Source of the DNA: an uncultured Candidatus Rokubacteria bacterium
Lineage (GTDB): Bacteria > Methylomirabilota > Methylomirabilia > Rokubacteriales > CSP1-6
Direction of reading: 5' to 3'
Assembly (NCBI GenBank): GCA_963789955.1
Contig: CAWBMV010000037.1
Coordinates: forward strand, 96,001-160,000
DNA length: 64,000 bases
In this document: positions 29,732 to 39,458 of the stretch, piece after piece
Numbering within the stretch: the stretch's first letter is position 1
Layout: the number at the start of each line of letters is the position of its first letter
The notes under the pieces: model-generated
Database searches by the model: none
Seen by the model: the letters and a program-made list of their open reading frames with translations, nothing else
What the model was told of the DNA's origin: nothing
Position numbers and translations under genes: made by a program

Positions 29732-30862
29732 ATGGATGGCAGAGAGCAAACACCGGACCTGGGTCGCGTGTCCGAGCGAGCTCGGGCCACGCTTCGCCGA
29801 GCGCGCCGCCGCGCACGACGCCAACGACATCGTTCGTGGCCGACAACTACGACGAGCTCCGGACGCACCGGGTCTTTTCGGCCGGGGTGCCCGCCGAGCT
29901 CGGCGGCGGCGGCGCGTCTCACGCCTGAGCTTTGCGCGATGCTGAGATCCTTCGCGCACTACTGCAGCTCGACGGCGCTGGCGCTTTCGATGCACACCCA
30001 CCTGGTGGCCGTCCCCGCGTGGCGCTGGCGTCACGAGCAGGCGCCGGTCGATCCATTTCTCCGTCGCGTCGCGGCCGAAGAGCTCATTCTCGTCTCGACC
30101 GGCGGGTCGGACTTCCTGGCGGGCAGCGGAACGGCCCGAGAAGGTCGAGGGCGGCTATCGGATCACCGGCCGCAAGATCTTCGGCAGCGGCTCGCCGGGT
30201 GGCGACCTGCTGATGACGATGGCGGTCTTCGACGACCCGCAGCACGGGCCCACGGTGTTGCATTTCCCGTTCCGCTCGACGCGCCCGGCGTTAAGATTCT
30301 CGACAACTGGCGCACGCTCGGCATGCGCGCGACCGGATCGAACGACATCGTGCTGGACGAGGTGTTCGTGCCTGATTCCGCCGTCGGCATCCGACGGACG
30401 CCCGGGGTCTGGAGCCCTCCCTTCCACACGATCGATACGATCGCCTTGCCGCTCGTCTACTCGGTCTACGTCGGCGTCGCCGAGCGCGCGCGTGACCTGG
30501 CGCTGCGCGAGGCGTCGAAGAAGCGCCAAGGACCCGACCGTCCAGCGCTCGTCGGTGAGATGGACAACGAGCTGACGACGGCGCGGCTGGCACTCCGGCA
30601 CATGATCGACGTCGCCGCGACCGACACGATAGGCGCGGAGACGACCAACGCGGTCCTCGTCGGGCGCACGCTCGCCGGACGGGCGGCCATCGGACGGTGG
30701 AGCAGGCGATGGAGGTCGTCGGCGGCGCCGCGTTCTATCCGCGCTCTCGGGCTCGAGCGACTCTTCCGCGACGTCCAGGGCGCCCGCTACCACCAGGTGC
30801 GAGAGCCCGCACAGGTGCTCTACGCGGGACGACTCGCGCTCGGTTTGGATGTGAACGGTTGA
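29732..30862 (+). CDS. Acyl-CoA dehydrogenase family protein (multiple frameshifts)
   Basis: VPAELGG, STALALSMH, W.TLGMRATGSNDI, LERLFRDVQ. Confidence 0.8.
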   Translation: MDGREQTPDLGRVSERARATLRRARRRARRQRHRSWPTTTTSSGRTGSFRPGCPPSSAAAARLTPELCAMLRSFAHYCSSTALALSMHTHLVAVPAWRWRHEQAPVDPFLRRVAAEELILVSTGGSDFLAGSGTAREGRGRLSDHRPQDLRQRLAGWRPADDDGGLRRPAARAHGVAFPVPLDAPGVKILDNWRTLGMRATGSNDIVLDEVFVPDSAVGIRRTPGVWSPPFHTIDTIALPLVYSVYVGVAERARDLALREASKKRQGPDRPALVGEMDNELTTARLALRHMIDVAATDTIGAETTNAVLVGRTLAGRAAIGRWSRRWRSSAAPRSIRALGLERLFRDVQGARYHQVREPAQVLYAGRLALGLDVNG

Positions 30863-30911
30863 ATCCTCGATCACGATCAATGCTCTACCCGAGCATGAAG
30901 GAGTCCGGCCC

Positions 30912-32135
30912 ATGCATATGAAAAACCGCATCGCCGCCCTCATCCTGATTGCCACGACTTTGACCGGCGCGCTCTACGCCCGCGCCGACGTCGTCACCGA
31001 CGCGAACGCCAAAGCCGCCGACATCGCCTCGAAGGCTCCGGGGACTCCACCGGCGGTGAGGATCATGGCGTTCGTCCAGACCTCGGTATTCGAGGCAGCC
31101 AACGCGATTACCGGTCGCTATCCGCCGCTCATGGCGAAGATCAACGCGGCGCCCGGGGCGTCGGTCGATGCCGCGGTCGCCGCCGCGACGCGGACGGCGC
31201 TCGCGAAGCTGATGCCCACCCAGCAGGCGGCAATCGATGCCGACTACGAGGCCGCCCTGAAGCTGGTGCCGGATGGCGCGGCCAAGACCAGCGGCATCGC
31301 GGTCGGCGAGCAGGCGGCGACCGCGTGCCTCGCCCGCGTCGACGAAGGGCTCGGCCTACCGGACGCGTATCGCCCCCACACGGCGCCGGGTGTCTATGTC
31401 CCGACCTTCATGCCGGCGGTGCCGAACTGGGGCAAGCGGAAACCCTGGGTGATGACCAGCGGCGCGCAGTTCCGGCCGGGGCCCCCACCCGCCCTGACGA
31501 GTGAAGCGTGGGCCCGTGACTACAACGAGATCAAAGCGATCGGGGCGAAGAACAGCACGCGGCGCACGCCGGAGCAGACCGCCATCGCCAAGTTCTGGGA
31601 AGCGACGGCGCCGGCGGTCTACTGGCCCGTGGCGCGCGCGGTGGCGGCCGCCCCGGGGCGGGACGTCACCGCGAACGCCCGCCTGCTGGCGATCGCGGCG
31701 ATGGCGATGGACGACGCGCTGATCGCGGTGTTCGACGCCAAGTACACCTATAACCTCTGGCGTCCGGTCACGGCGATTCGTAATGGCGACGTCGACGGCA
31801 ACGATGCCACCGAGCGCGATCCGAGCTGGACACCGTTCATCGACACGCCCATGCACCCGGAGTACCCGTGTGCCCATTGCATCGTCTCAGCCTCGCTCGC
31901 CGCCGTGCTCCAGGCCGAGCTCGCCAGCGGCCCGGTGCCGGCCCTGAGCTCGGCGAGCTCGACCGCGGGCGGCGCGGTGCGCACGTGGAAGAGCGTCGAC
32001 GAGTTCGTGCAGGAAGTCGCCGTCGCCCGCATCTATGACGGCGTGCACTACAGAAACTCGACGGTGGTCGGCAGCGCGATGGGCAAGCAGATCGGCGAGC
32101 TCGCGGTGAAGAGCTTCCCCAAACCGATCCGCTGA
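30912..32135 (+). CDS. Secreted vanadium-dependent haloperoxidase / PAP2 superfamily protein
   Basis: Signal peptide; KYTYNLWRP, PMHPEYPCAH, RIYDGVHY. Confidence 0.85.
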   Translation: MHMKNRIAALILIATTLTGALYARADVVTDANAKAADIASKAPGTPPAVRIMAFVQTSVFEAANAITGRYPPLMAKINAAPGASVDAAVAAATRTALAKLMPTQQAAIDADYEAALKLVPDGAAKTSGIAVGEQAATACLARVDEGLGLPDAYRPHTAPGVYVPTFMPAVPNWGKRKPWVMTSGAQFRPGPPPALTSEAWARDYNEIKAIGAKNSTRRTPEQTAIAKFWEATAPAVYWPVARAVAAAPGRDVTANARLLAIAAMAMDDALIAVFDAKYTYNLWRPVTAIRNGDVDGNDATERDPSWTPFIDTPMHPEYPCAHCIVSASLAAVLQAELASGPVPALSSASSTAGGAVRTWKSVDEFVQEVAVARIYDGVHYRNSTVVGSAMGKQIGELAVKSFPKPIR

Positions 32136-32159
32136 ACCGCGAGAGCGACGGCGCGGGGC

Positions 32160-33488
32160 CTACCCCTCGTAGGTCTCGCGCTTCGCCAGAGCCCGCTGGG
32201 CGGCGAGGTAGCTCGCGCGAGTCATCGGCGGCTTGGCCTTGGCCATCACCTCGCGGGCGCCGGCGGCGCCGTCCCAGAGCATATCGACCACCATCGCCGC
32301 CAGCGCCTTGGCGGGACCGAGGTACGCGAGCGGCTTGTCGACGATGGCGAAGTCGGCGCCGTGTCCGGTGCCCCGAGCGCCGCCGATGTACGGATGGAGG
32401 ATGGGCATGACCTGCGAGAGGTCGCCCATGTCGGTCGATCCGGTCCGGTGACCGATCTGCCGGTAGTGCTCTTCGCCGAAGAGCCCGGTGACGGTGTCGC
32501 GGAAGTGGCGGGCCATGATCGGATCGCAGGTCATCGGCATATAGCCCGGTATCGTCTCGATCTCGACCTTGGCGCCGAGCGCCAGCGCTCCGGCACGCAG
32601 CGCGCGATCGACCTTCACGTTGGCGTCGAGGATCGCCTGCATCGTCTTGCCGCGCACGTACGTCTCGATCCGCACCTCGCCCGGGATGACGTTCACCTGC
32701 GAGCCGCCGTGCGTGATGATCGGATGCACGCGGATCGTGTCCTCGTCGCGGAACGTCTCGCGGATGGCGTTGATCGACATGAGGCCGATGTTCGCGGCGT
32801 AGAGCGCGTTGATGCCCATGTGCGGCGCGCCGCCGGCGTGGGCCGCGCGACCGATGTAGCGCACGGTCTTCACGATGCAGCCGTTGTTCGAGGCGGGCAC
32901 GCCCGCCTTGCCCTCCTCCGCTCGCGACGTCGTATGGATCATCATCGCCAGGTCCACGTCGTCGAAATGACCGAGCCGCAGGAGCTCGGGCTTGCCGCCG
33001 AGGAACTCGAGCTTGCCGGCGCGCGCCTGGGACATGCGCCACTCGATGTCTCCGTACTCCTCGGCGGGCACCGAGAAGAACACCGCGCGGCCCGCGAGCT
33101 GGTCGAAGGCCTTGGCGTCGAGCAGACCCATCGCCGCGCCGAGCATCCCGGCGATCTGCGCGTTGTGACCGCACGCGTGCGCGGCGCCCGTCGCCGGGTC
33201 GCCCTCGGGGTGGCCGGCGACGACCAGCGCGTCGAGCTCGCCGAGCACGGCGAAGGTCGGGCCGTCACCGCCGCGGCCGGCCACGTCGGCACGCACGCCC
33301 GTCATCGCCAGACCCGACCGCGGAGCCAGGCCGAGCTTCTTGAAGGTCTCCTCGACCAGGCGCGCGGTCTTGACTTCCTTGAATCCCAGCTCCGGCTGCC
33401 GCCGTATCTGCTCGCCCAGCCCGATGATCTCGTCGCCTCGCTGATCGATCGCCTGGAAGACCCGCTGCTTCAGCTCGTCCTTGGTCAT
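32160..33488 (-). CDS. M20 family amidohydrolase
   Basis: PELGFKE, GELDAL, HACGHN, PAEE, GSTDMGD. Confidence 0.9.
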   Translation of the reverse strand: MTKDELKQRVFQAIDQRGDEIIGLGEQIRRQPELGFKEVKTARLVEETFKKLGLAPRSGLAMTGVRADVAGRGGDGPTFAVLGELDALVVAGHPEGDPATGAAHACGHNAQIAGMLGAAMGLLDAKAFDQLAGRAVFFSVPAEEYGDIEWRMSQARAGKLEFLGGKPELLRLGHFDDVDLAMMIHTTSRAEEGKAGVPASNNGCIVKTVRYIGRAAHAGGAPHMGINALYAANIGLMSINAIRETFRDEDTIRVHPIITHGGSQVNVIPGEVRIETYVRGKTMQAILDANVKVDRALRAGALALGAKVEIETIPGYMPMTCDPIMARHFRDTVTGLFGEEHYRQIGHRTGSTDMGDLSQVMPILHPYIGGARGTGHGADFAIVDKPLAYLGPAKALAAMVVDMLWDGAAGAREVMAKAKPPMTRASYLAAQRALAKRETYEG

Positions 33489-33609
33489 CTCGCCTCTCCG
33501 TGCGTCAAGAGTTTCTGGCAACGGTTGAACGGCAGACATTCTACTGCCGCCGACCGCGTCCGCGCCTGCATACTGACGGGAGCCGAACCCACTCGGTCAA
33601 GAGGGGCAC

Positions 33610-34519
33610 ATGGACGTTCTGCGCGCGCTGATCCTCCGGCTCTCGGTGGACATCCATCACGTCATCGAGGCCGCGGGCATCGTGGTGCTGGGCCTCGTCT
33701 TCTACTCCTACGCCCGGCGGTGGCTCGACGCGCATGGGCGCATCGATCCCCGGCTGCGCGCCCTGGTGACCGGCGCCATCTTCGGCGATGCTGACGATCG
33801 CGCTGATGATCTCGCGGATCGAAGTGGGCCCGGGCGCCTTCGTCGACGCGCGCGCCCTCCCGATCGCGCTGATCACCCTGGTCGAAGGCGGCGGCGCGGG
33901 ACTGGTCGCGGCGCTCGTCGCCTGCGCCTATCGAATCTCGCTCGGCGGCGCGGGCGCTCCGGCCGGCGTGATCGGGCTCCTGGCCACCGCCGGCGCCGCC
34001 ACCCTGGCCCTCGTGTGGGCGCGAAGATCGGGAGGGGTGCGGTCCCGCCACGGCTGCGTCCTGGGCGTCGCCGTCTATCTCATCACGTTCGCCTCGTTCG
34101 CGCTGCTGGGTGCTCGGGGCGTGGAGCTCTTCAAGCGCGACTGGCTGCCGCTCTTGTTCGTCAGCGTGGTCGGCATCGGCGGCTTCACGCGGCTCTTCGT
34201 CGACGTGGTGAACGCCCAGGCGGCCGAAGCGGCGCGGCGTGACGCCGCCGAGCTGCGCGCCGTGAACCTGCTCGCGCGCGCCGCGGCGCACGAGATCAAC
34301 AACGCGCTCATGATCGTGGGTGGCGGGCTCGCGATCCTCGCCCGTCGGCTTCCGGCCGACAGCGAGGACGCTCAGTGGGCGGCGCGCGCGCGCGATGGTG
34401 TGAACACGGTCAAGGACATCGTCACACGCATGAACACGATCACGCAGATCGAGGAAGTCCCCGGGCGCGGCGCGCTGTCCCCGATGCTCGACATTCGCCG
34501 GTCTAGCGCTTCGGAATAG
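33610..34519 (+). CDS. 5TM-LYT-like membrane sensor with His-phosphoacceptor helix but no ATPase domain (frameshift near 33790)
   Basis: TM region with VDAR..I.L motif; AAAHEINNAL H-box; ends about 75 aa later. Confidence 0.65.
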
Positions 34520-34946
34520 CGTCAGGACCCAGGACTCGAAAGCCTTCGCGTTCGGCGGCCTGGGCCTGGCGGCGGTCGAAGGTCACGAACTCCAGGGTCG
34601 CGGGCTCGTGCTCGGCGGCGACCAGCGCCGCCCCGATGTGGAGGGCGTCCGACGCGCGGAGCGAATGCGTCACCACGATGCGTTCGGCGTGACGCCGGAC
34701 GATGTCGGCGGCCGTGACTTCGGACCAGCGCTCCCAGGCGTCGAGGAAGTGCCGCCGCACGAGGGTGAGCTGCCGCGCCGCGGCGGGCTCACCGTGGCTT
34801 CGGCGCGCCAGCGCCGCCAGCATCTCCACGCGGGCCAAGGTCCAGACGACGACCTCAGGATCGTCTCGGAGACAGCGCACCGCGGTCCCCGACTCGCGCT
34901 CGGCGATGAACAGCGGCACGAGAGCGGACGTGTCCCAGAATCTCAC
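34503..34946 (-). CDS. vapC: PIN-domain toxin
   Basis: FWDTSALV...LRASDALHIGAA...FVTFDRR. Confidence 0.88.
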   Translation of the reverse strand: MRFWDTSALVPLFIAERESGTAVRCLRDDPEVVVWTLARVEMLAALARRSHGEPAAARQLTLVRRHFLDAWERWSEVTAADIVRRHAERIVVTHSLRASDALHIGAALVAAEHEPATLEFVTFDRRQAQAAEREGFRVLGPDAIPKR

Positions 34947-35238
34947 CAGCCGCGCTCGCGCTCCTCCAGCAAGACCGCGCAGGACACCGCCCGGAAGACG
35001 AGTGGGCTTGCGCGCCCGCAGGCCGGTGGACCGTCGGCCGGCGCCGCGGCGGATAAGCCCCTGGCGCTCGAGCCGTAGCCAGCCGTTCGGACGCTCCGCG
35101 CGCGCCGTCGTGCGGCAGGGGAACGAGCCGGGCGACCGGCCGGTCGCGGTCCAGCACGATCACCGAGCCGCCCCGGCGCACGTGGTCCAGATAGCGCGAG
35201 AGGTTGTTCTTCAAGTTGGCTATCTTGGCCTGTTTCAT
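34943..35238 (-). CDS. Phd/YefM family antitoxin (frameshifted)
   Basis: IANLKNNLSRYLDHVRRG.SVIVLDRDRPVARLVP; GTGA overlap with the toxin. Confidence 0.85.
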
Positions 35239-35247
35239 ATGGCTATG

Positions 35248-36351
35248 TTAGCTATGTAGGCCTCGAGACACAAATCTTCCGGGCAGGAAGTCCTTCACGG
35301 CCAGACTCGGCTGGCGGCCGGTGATCCATTCGGTCATCAGGCGAGCGGTGATCGGCGCCAGCAGGATCCCGTTGCGAAAATGCCCGGTGGCGACGAAGAG
35401 CCCCTCGACGCCGGGCCACGGACCGAGCACGGGCAGGCTGTCGGGCGCCCAGGGCCTGAAGCCGCACCAGGTCCGCGCGATCGGCAAGTCGCGGAGCGAC
35501 GGCACGAGCGCGATCGCGGCTTGAAGCAAGCCGGCGATCCCCTCGGCGGTGACGGCGCGGTGAAATCCGGCGCGCTCGACGGTGGCTCCGATCAAGAGCT
35601 CCCCTGACGGCCGCGGGACGAGGTAGACCTCGCCGTGGACGCAGTGCGTGACGACGGGCGGCACGTGGGCGAGCGCGACCATCTGGCCGCGGCGCGGCTC
35701 GATCCGGAGCGGCGCGCCGAGCGCGGTCATCAGCTCGCTGCTCCAGGCACCGGCGGCCAGCAGCACCGCGTCGCCCTCGATTCGCTCGCCCTCCGTCACC
35801 ACCGCGCGCGCCCGGCCGCTCTCCACGATCAGCCGTGACACGTTGCAGGCGGTGCGGAGCTCGACGCCGATCGACACCGCCGCCTGGGCGTACGCCAGCA
35901 CCAGCCGCTGGTTGTTCAGCCAGTGGTCGCCCTTGACGAAAACCGCGTGCCGGATCTTCGGGGACAGAGCGGGCTCGCGCCGGTGAATCTCGTCGCCCTC
36001 CAGGCGCTCCACGCCGAATTCCGCGAGGTCCGCCCATTGCGCGACGTCACGCTGCTTCTGAGCCGCGGACGTGGGATAGATCGTTCCGCGGGTGACGTAC
36101 TCCACGTCGATGCCGGTGCGCTTCTGGAGATCGCGGACGACCTCGGGATAGAGGCGCCAGCTGGCGAGGGCGAGCCGCGCGAAGTTCGTTTCGGTCGACT
36201 CGTCGATGGGCGCCAGGAGGCCCGCGGCGGCGCTCGAGGCTTCGGCGCCCGGCGTGGCCCGCTCGAAGACGGTGACCTGGCACCCTGCCCCGGCGAGCTC
36301 ATAGGCCGCCGCGCAGCCGATGATCCCGCCGCCGACGACCAGAACCTTCAC
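35248..36351 (-). CDS. thiO: Glycine oxidase
   Basis: GGGIIG, ASSAAAGLL, GHFRNGILLAP; in the thi operon. Confidence 0.9.
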   Translation of the reverse strand: MKVLVVGGGIIGCAAAYELAGAGCQVTVFERATPGAEASSAAAGLLAPIDESTETNFARLALASWRLYPEVVRDLQKRTGIDVEYVTRGTIYPTSAAQKQRDVAQWADLAEFGVERLEGDEIHRREPALSPKIRHAVFVKGDHWLNNQRLVLAYAQAAVSIGVELRTACNVSRLIVESGRARAVVTEGERIEGDAVLLAAGAWSSELMTALGAPLRIEPRRGQMVALAHVPPVVTHCVHGEVYLVPRPSGELLIGATVERAGFHRAVTAEGIAGLLQAAIALVPSLRDLPIARTWCGFRPWAPDSLPVLGPWPGVEGLFVATGHFRNGILLAPITARLMTEWITGRQPSLAVKDFLPGRFVSRGLHS

Positions 36352-36974
36352 GCGCCGCGGTCGAGCGCGTCGAGAAAGCGGCGGGTCGCGTCGGCCGGAG
36401 ACTCGGCCGCGATGATTCCGGAGATCACGGCGATACCGCGCGCGCCGGCCGCCAGCACGTCGCGCACGCGATCCGGGGTGATCCCGCCGATCGCGATCAC
36501 CGGAAGGCGTACGGTCGCCGCGACCCGCGTCAACCGCTCGAGCCCCTGCGGCGGGCCGTACGGGCGCTTCGACGGCGTGTCGTAGACCGGCCCGAACACG
36601 ACCCAGTCGGCGCCCTTCAGCTCGGCCTCGACCGCCTCATCGAGCGAGTGCGTGGACACGCCGATCCGCAGACGCTTGTCGGCGATCGCGCGGATGTCCT
36701 GGATCGGGAGCGAGGTCGAGGTGCGCTGGACGGCGTCGGCGCCGACCGCGAGCGCCACGTCGACCCGGTCGTTGACGATCAGGAGCGCTTGCCGGTCCTG
36801 CGTGAGCGCGCGAATGCGCCGGCACAGGAAGGCAAGATCGGCCGCGCCGAGATCCTTCTCGCGGACCTGGACGGCGGGCAGGCCCGCCGCCAGGCACTCG
36901 CCCACGACCGCGGTGAGATCGCGGCCGTGCGTCTGGGTGCGGTCAGTGACGAGACAGAGCTTCAGCTCGTCCAA
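36348..36974 (-). CDS. thiE: Thiamine-phosphate synthase
   Basis: QVREK, NDRVD, STHS, TPSK, AIGGI. Confidence 0.92.
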   Translation of the reverse strand: MDELKLCLVTDRTQTHGRDLTAVVGECLAAGLPAVQVREKDLGAADLAFLCRRIRALTQDRQALLIVNDRVDVALAVGADAVQRTSTSLPIQDIRAIADKRLRIGVSTHSLDEAVEAELKGADWVVFGPVYDTPSKRPYGPPQGLERLTRVAATVRLPVIAIGGITPDRVRDVLAAGARGIAVISGIIAAESPADATRRFLDALDRGA

Positions 36975-37741
36975 TCGGGGACGCCCTCGAGCGGCGAGGA
37001 CGCGGTGGCGTAGAGCTTCTTGCCGATCCGCCCGGCCTTGAACGCCAGGCGCCCGGCCTCGACGCCGAGCCGCATCGCGCGGGCCATGTCGACCGGGTCC
37101 TGGGCGCCCGAGATCGCCGTGTTCATCAGCACCCCCTCGCAGCCGAGCTCCATCGCGATGGCAGCGTCCGACGCGGTGCCCACCCCCGCGTCCACGATGA
37201 CCGGCACGCTGACCGTCTCGAGGATGATCTTGATGTTGTACGGATTGCGGATGCCGAGGCCGGAGCCGATCGGCGCGCCCAGCGGCATGACGACGGCCGC
37301 GCCCGCGTCCTCGAGCTTCTTCGCCATCACCGGGTCGTCGTTCGTGTAGGGCATCACCGTGAAGCCCTCGCGCGCGAGCGTCTTCGTCGCCTCGAGCAGC
37401 CCGAAGACGTCCGGGAACAAGGTGCGCGGATCACCGATGACCTCGAGCTTGACCATCTCGCCGAGCCCGGCTTCGCGGGCCAGGTAGCATGTCCGGATCG
37501 CCTCGTCGGCAGTGTAGCAACCCGCCGTGTTCGGCAGGAGCGTATAGCGCGTGGTGTCCAGGTGATCGAGGATCGATTCGCCCGACGGCAGACTGACTCG
37601 ACGCAGCGCCACCGTGACGATCTGAGCGCCCGACGCCTCGTGCGCTCGCTTCATGACGTCCATCGACGCGTACTTTCCCGTTCCGACGATGAGTCGCGAC
37701 GAGAATTCCTTGCCCCCGATGACCAGATTCGTATCGCTCAT
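36962..37741 (-). CDS. thiG: Thiazole synthase
   Basis: [36 protein letters not shown]. Confidence 0.96.
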   Translation of the reverse strand: MSDTNLVIGGKEFSSRLIVGTGKYASMDVMKRAHEASGAQIVTVALRRVSLPSGESILDHLDTTRYTLLPNTAGCYTADEAIRTCYLAREAGLGEMVKLEVIGDPRTLFPDVFGLLEATKTLAREGFTVMPYTNDDPVMAKKLEDAGAAVVMPLGAPIGSGLGIRNPYNIKIILETVSVPVIVDAGVGTASDAAIAMELGCEGVLMNTAISGAQDPVDMARAMRLGVEAGRLAFKAGRIGKKLYATASSPLEGVPDWTS

Positions 37742-37758
37742 GGCTCGACCTCCCTGCT

Positions 37759-37959
37759 CTATCCGCCGCCCATCGGTCTGACGATCTCGACCCGGTCGCC
37801 ATCGTGCAGCACGGTCGCCTCGTACGCGCTCTTCGGGGTGACCTCACGGTTCACGGCGACCGCGGTGTACTGGCGCTTGACGTTGAGATGCACGAGCAGC
37901 CCTTCAACGTTCAGGCCGTCGGCGACTTCCAGGTCCTTTCCGTTGACGCTGATCTTCAT
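37759..37959 (-). CDS. thiS: Sulfur carrier protein
   Basis: About 66 aa, AVAVN, C-terminal GG. Confidence 0.92.
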   Translation of the reverse strand: MKISVNGKDLEVADGLNVEGLLVHLNVKRQYTAVAVNREVTPKSAYEATVLHDGDRVEIVRPMGGG

Positions 37960-37999
37960 AAACAAAACGGCCGCGTCCCCTTGACGGGTGCGGCCGCTC
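37960..37999 (-). terminator. Riboswitch expression-platform hairpin (terminator/RBS sequestrator)
   Basis: CGGCCGC..CCC/GGG..GCGGCCG followed by TTTTGTTT directly before the thiS ATG. Confidence 0.6.
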
Positions 38000-38007
38000 A
38001 TTTCCTC

Positions 38008-38093
38008 GCCGTGTTCCCTTCGCTGGAATTACCCAGATCAGGTTCGAGGGGTCCCGGGCCGCACCCGGTTCTCAGGAATCCTCCCCCCACGAC
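38008..38093 (-). ncRNA. TPP riboswitch
   Basis: Minus strand GGGG..CTGAGA..CCC..GAACCTGATCTGGGTAATTCCAGCGAAGGGAA consensus upstream of thiS; TG-TATACT promoter at about 38104-38112. Confidence 0.93.
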
Positions 38094-38117
38094 GTCAGGC
38101 CGGAGTATACCACCGCG

Positions 38118-39440
38118 TTAGGCGAGCGTGAGCTGGCGGCCGGGCTTGGCCATCACCCGCGGCAGCGCGCCCTCCACCCACTTGGCGCCCGGCGAGAGTA
38201 CGACCGACGCCGAGCGCACGTGAAACGACTCGGGATCGCGGCCCGGGGCCGGCGTGCCGCGCTCGCGCAAGGCGCGGGCGGCGCTCATGAGACGACGCCG
38301 CACGTGGATGATCGCGGTGTCGCTGGTGCCCAGGTGCTCGAGCGCGCGGTCGACGATGCCGCCCTGGCTCTCCTGGATCGCCTGGTCCTGGACGCCGAAG
38401 CCGGGAATGCCGCAGAACATGCGCGTGCGGTGCGCTTCCCAGTCCATGCCGTAGTCGTTGTCGCGATTCGCGGCGGTGCGGATGTCGCCGTAGGGCTCGG
38501 AGGTCGGGGGCAGATAGTCGCAGACGTGAGCGCCCCGCCCGGCGACGTTGAGGTCGATCTCTTCACGCGTCAGCGGGCGATCCGGATGCCACGTCACCAT
38601 CCAGTTGATGACGTTCGCGTCGTCCATCGGCACCCAGATGTGCGACTGCGTGATCTTCTCGTCGAGATCGGTCGGCGGCATCGTGTAGAACGGCATCAGG
38701 AACTGGGTGACGCGCCACAGATGCTGACCGTCGGGGCGCGAGCGCTGCGCGCCGATCAGCACGCCGTAGTCGGTGTCGACCACGTCGAAGCGCGGCGCGC
38801 GGTCGGCCGTCTGCACCGCCGAGCCGACGCCGAAGCTCGCCGCGTCGAGCTCGCGCGTGACTTCCGCGTCGGCGTGGTCGAGCGGCGCGTGCAGGAACGA
38901 GATGTGGCTCGAGTCGATGCCGCCCTCCATCGCCTGGAACCAGTTGCACTCCTGCACCCGCTTGGACGCGAAGCTGTGCGAGTCCGGCAGGAGCGTCCAT
39001 TCCAGATGGGGCATCGGCGGCGGCGGGCTCGCCGGCCCCATGTACGCGAAGATCATGCCGCCGCGCTCCTCGCAGGGATACCCGGCGTGGCGGATCTTCG
39101 AGCAGAAACCGCCGCCGGGCTCGTTCGGCATCTCGAGGCACCGGCCGTCCATCCCGAACGCCCAGCCGTGATAGACACAGCGCATGCCCGCGTCCTCGAC
39201 GCGGCCGAAATAGAGCGAGGCCAGCCGGTGCGGACAGAACTCGCCGATCAGCCCGGGCCGGCCGTTCTTGGCGCGAAACGCGATCAGCCGCTCGCCCAGC
39301 AGCTTCACGCGCTTCACCCGCCCGCCGGCGACGAGCTCGCCCGAGGTCACCACCGGGATCCAGTACTGTCTGATCAAGGCACCCATCGGCGTGCCCGCAT
39401 CCGTCCGCGTCAGTAGCTCGTTGTCTTCGCGGCTCAGCAT
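38118..39440 (-). CDS. Rieske non-heme iron oxygenase alpha subunit (phthalate dioxygenase/LigX-like)
   Basis: CPHR..CVYHGW Rieske motif; EGGIDSSHISFLH; QDQAIQES. Confidence 0.9.
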   Translation of the reverse strand: MLSREDNELLTRTDAGTPMGALIRQYWIPVVTSGELVAGGRVKRVKLLGERLIAFRAKNGRPGLIGEFCPHRLASLYFGRVEDAGMRCVYHGWAFGMDGRCLEMPNEPGGGFCSKIRHAGYPCEERGGMIFAYMGPASPPPPMPHLEWTLLPDSHSFASKRVQECNWFQAMEGGIDSSHISFLHAPLDHADAEVTRELDAASFGVGSAVQTADRAPRFDVVDTDYGVLIGAQRSRPDGQHLWRVTQFLMPFYTMPPTDLDEKITQSHIWVPMDDANVINWMVTWHPDRPLTREEIDLNVAGRGAHVCDYLPPTSEPYGDIRTAANRDNDYGMDWEAHRTRMFCGIPGFGVQDQAIQESQGGIVDRALEHLGTSDTAIIHVRRRLMSAARALRERGTPAPGRDPESFHVRSASVVLSPGAKWVEGALPRVMAKPGRQLTLA

Positions 39441-39458
39441 GGTGTCCTCACTCCTGGC

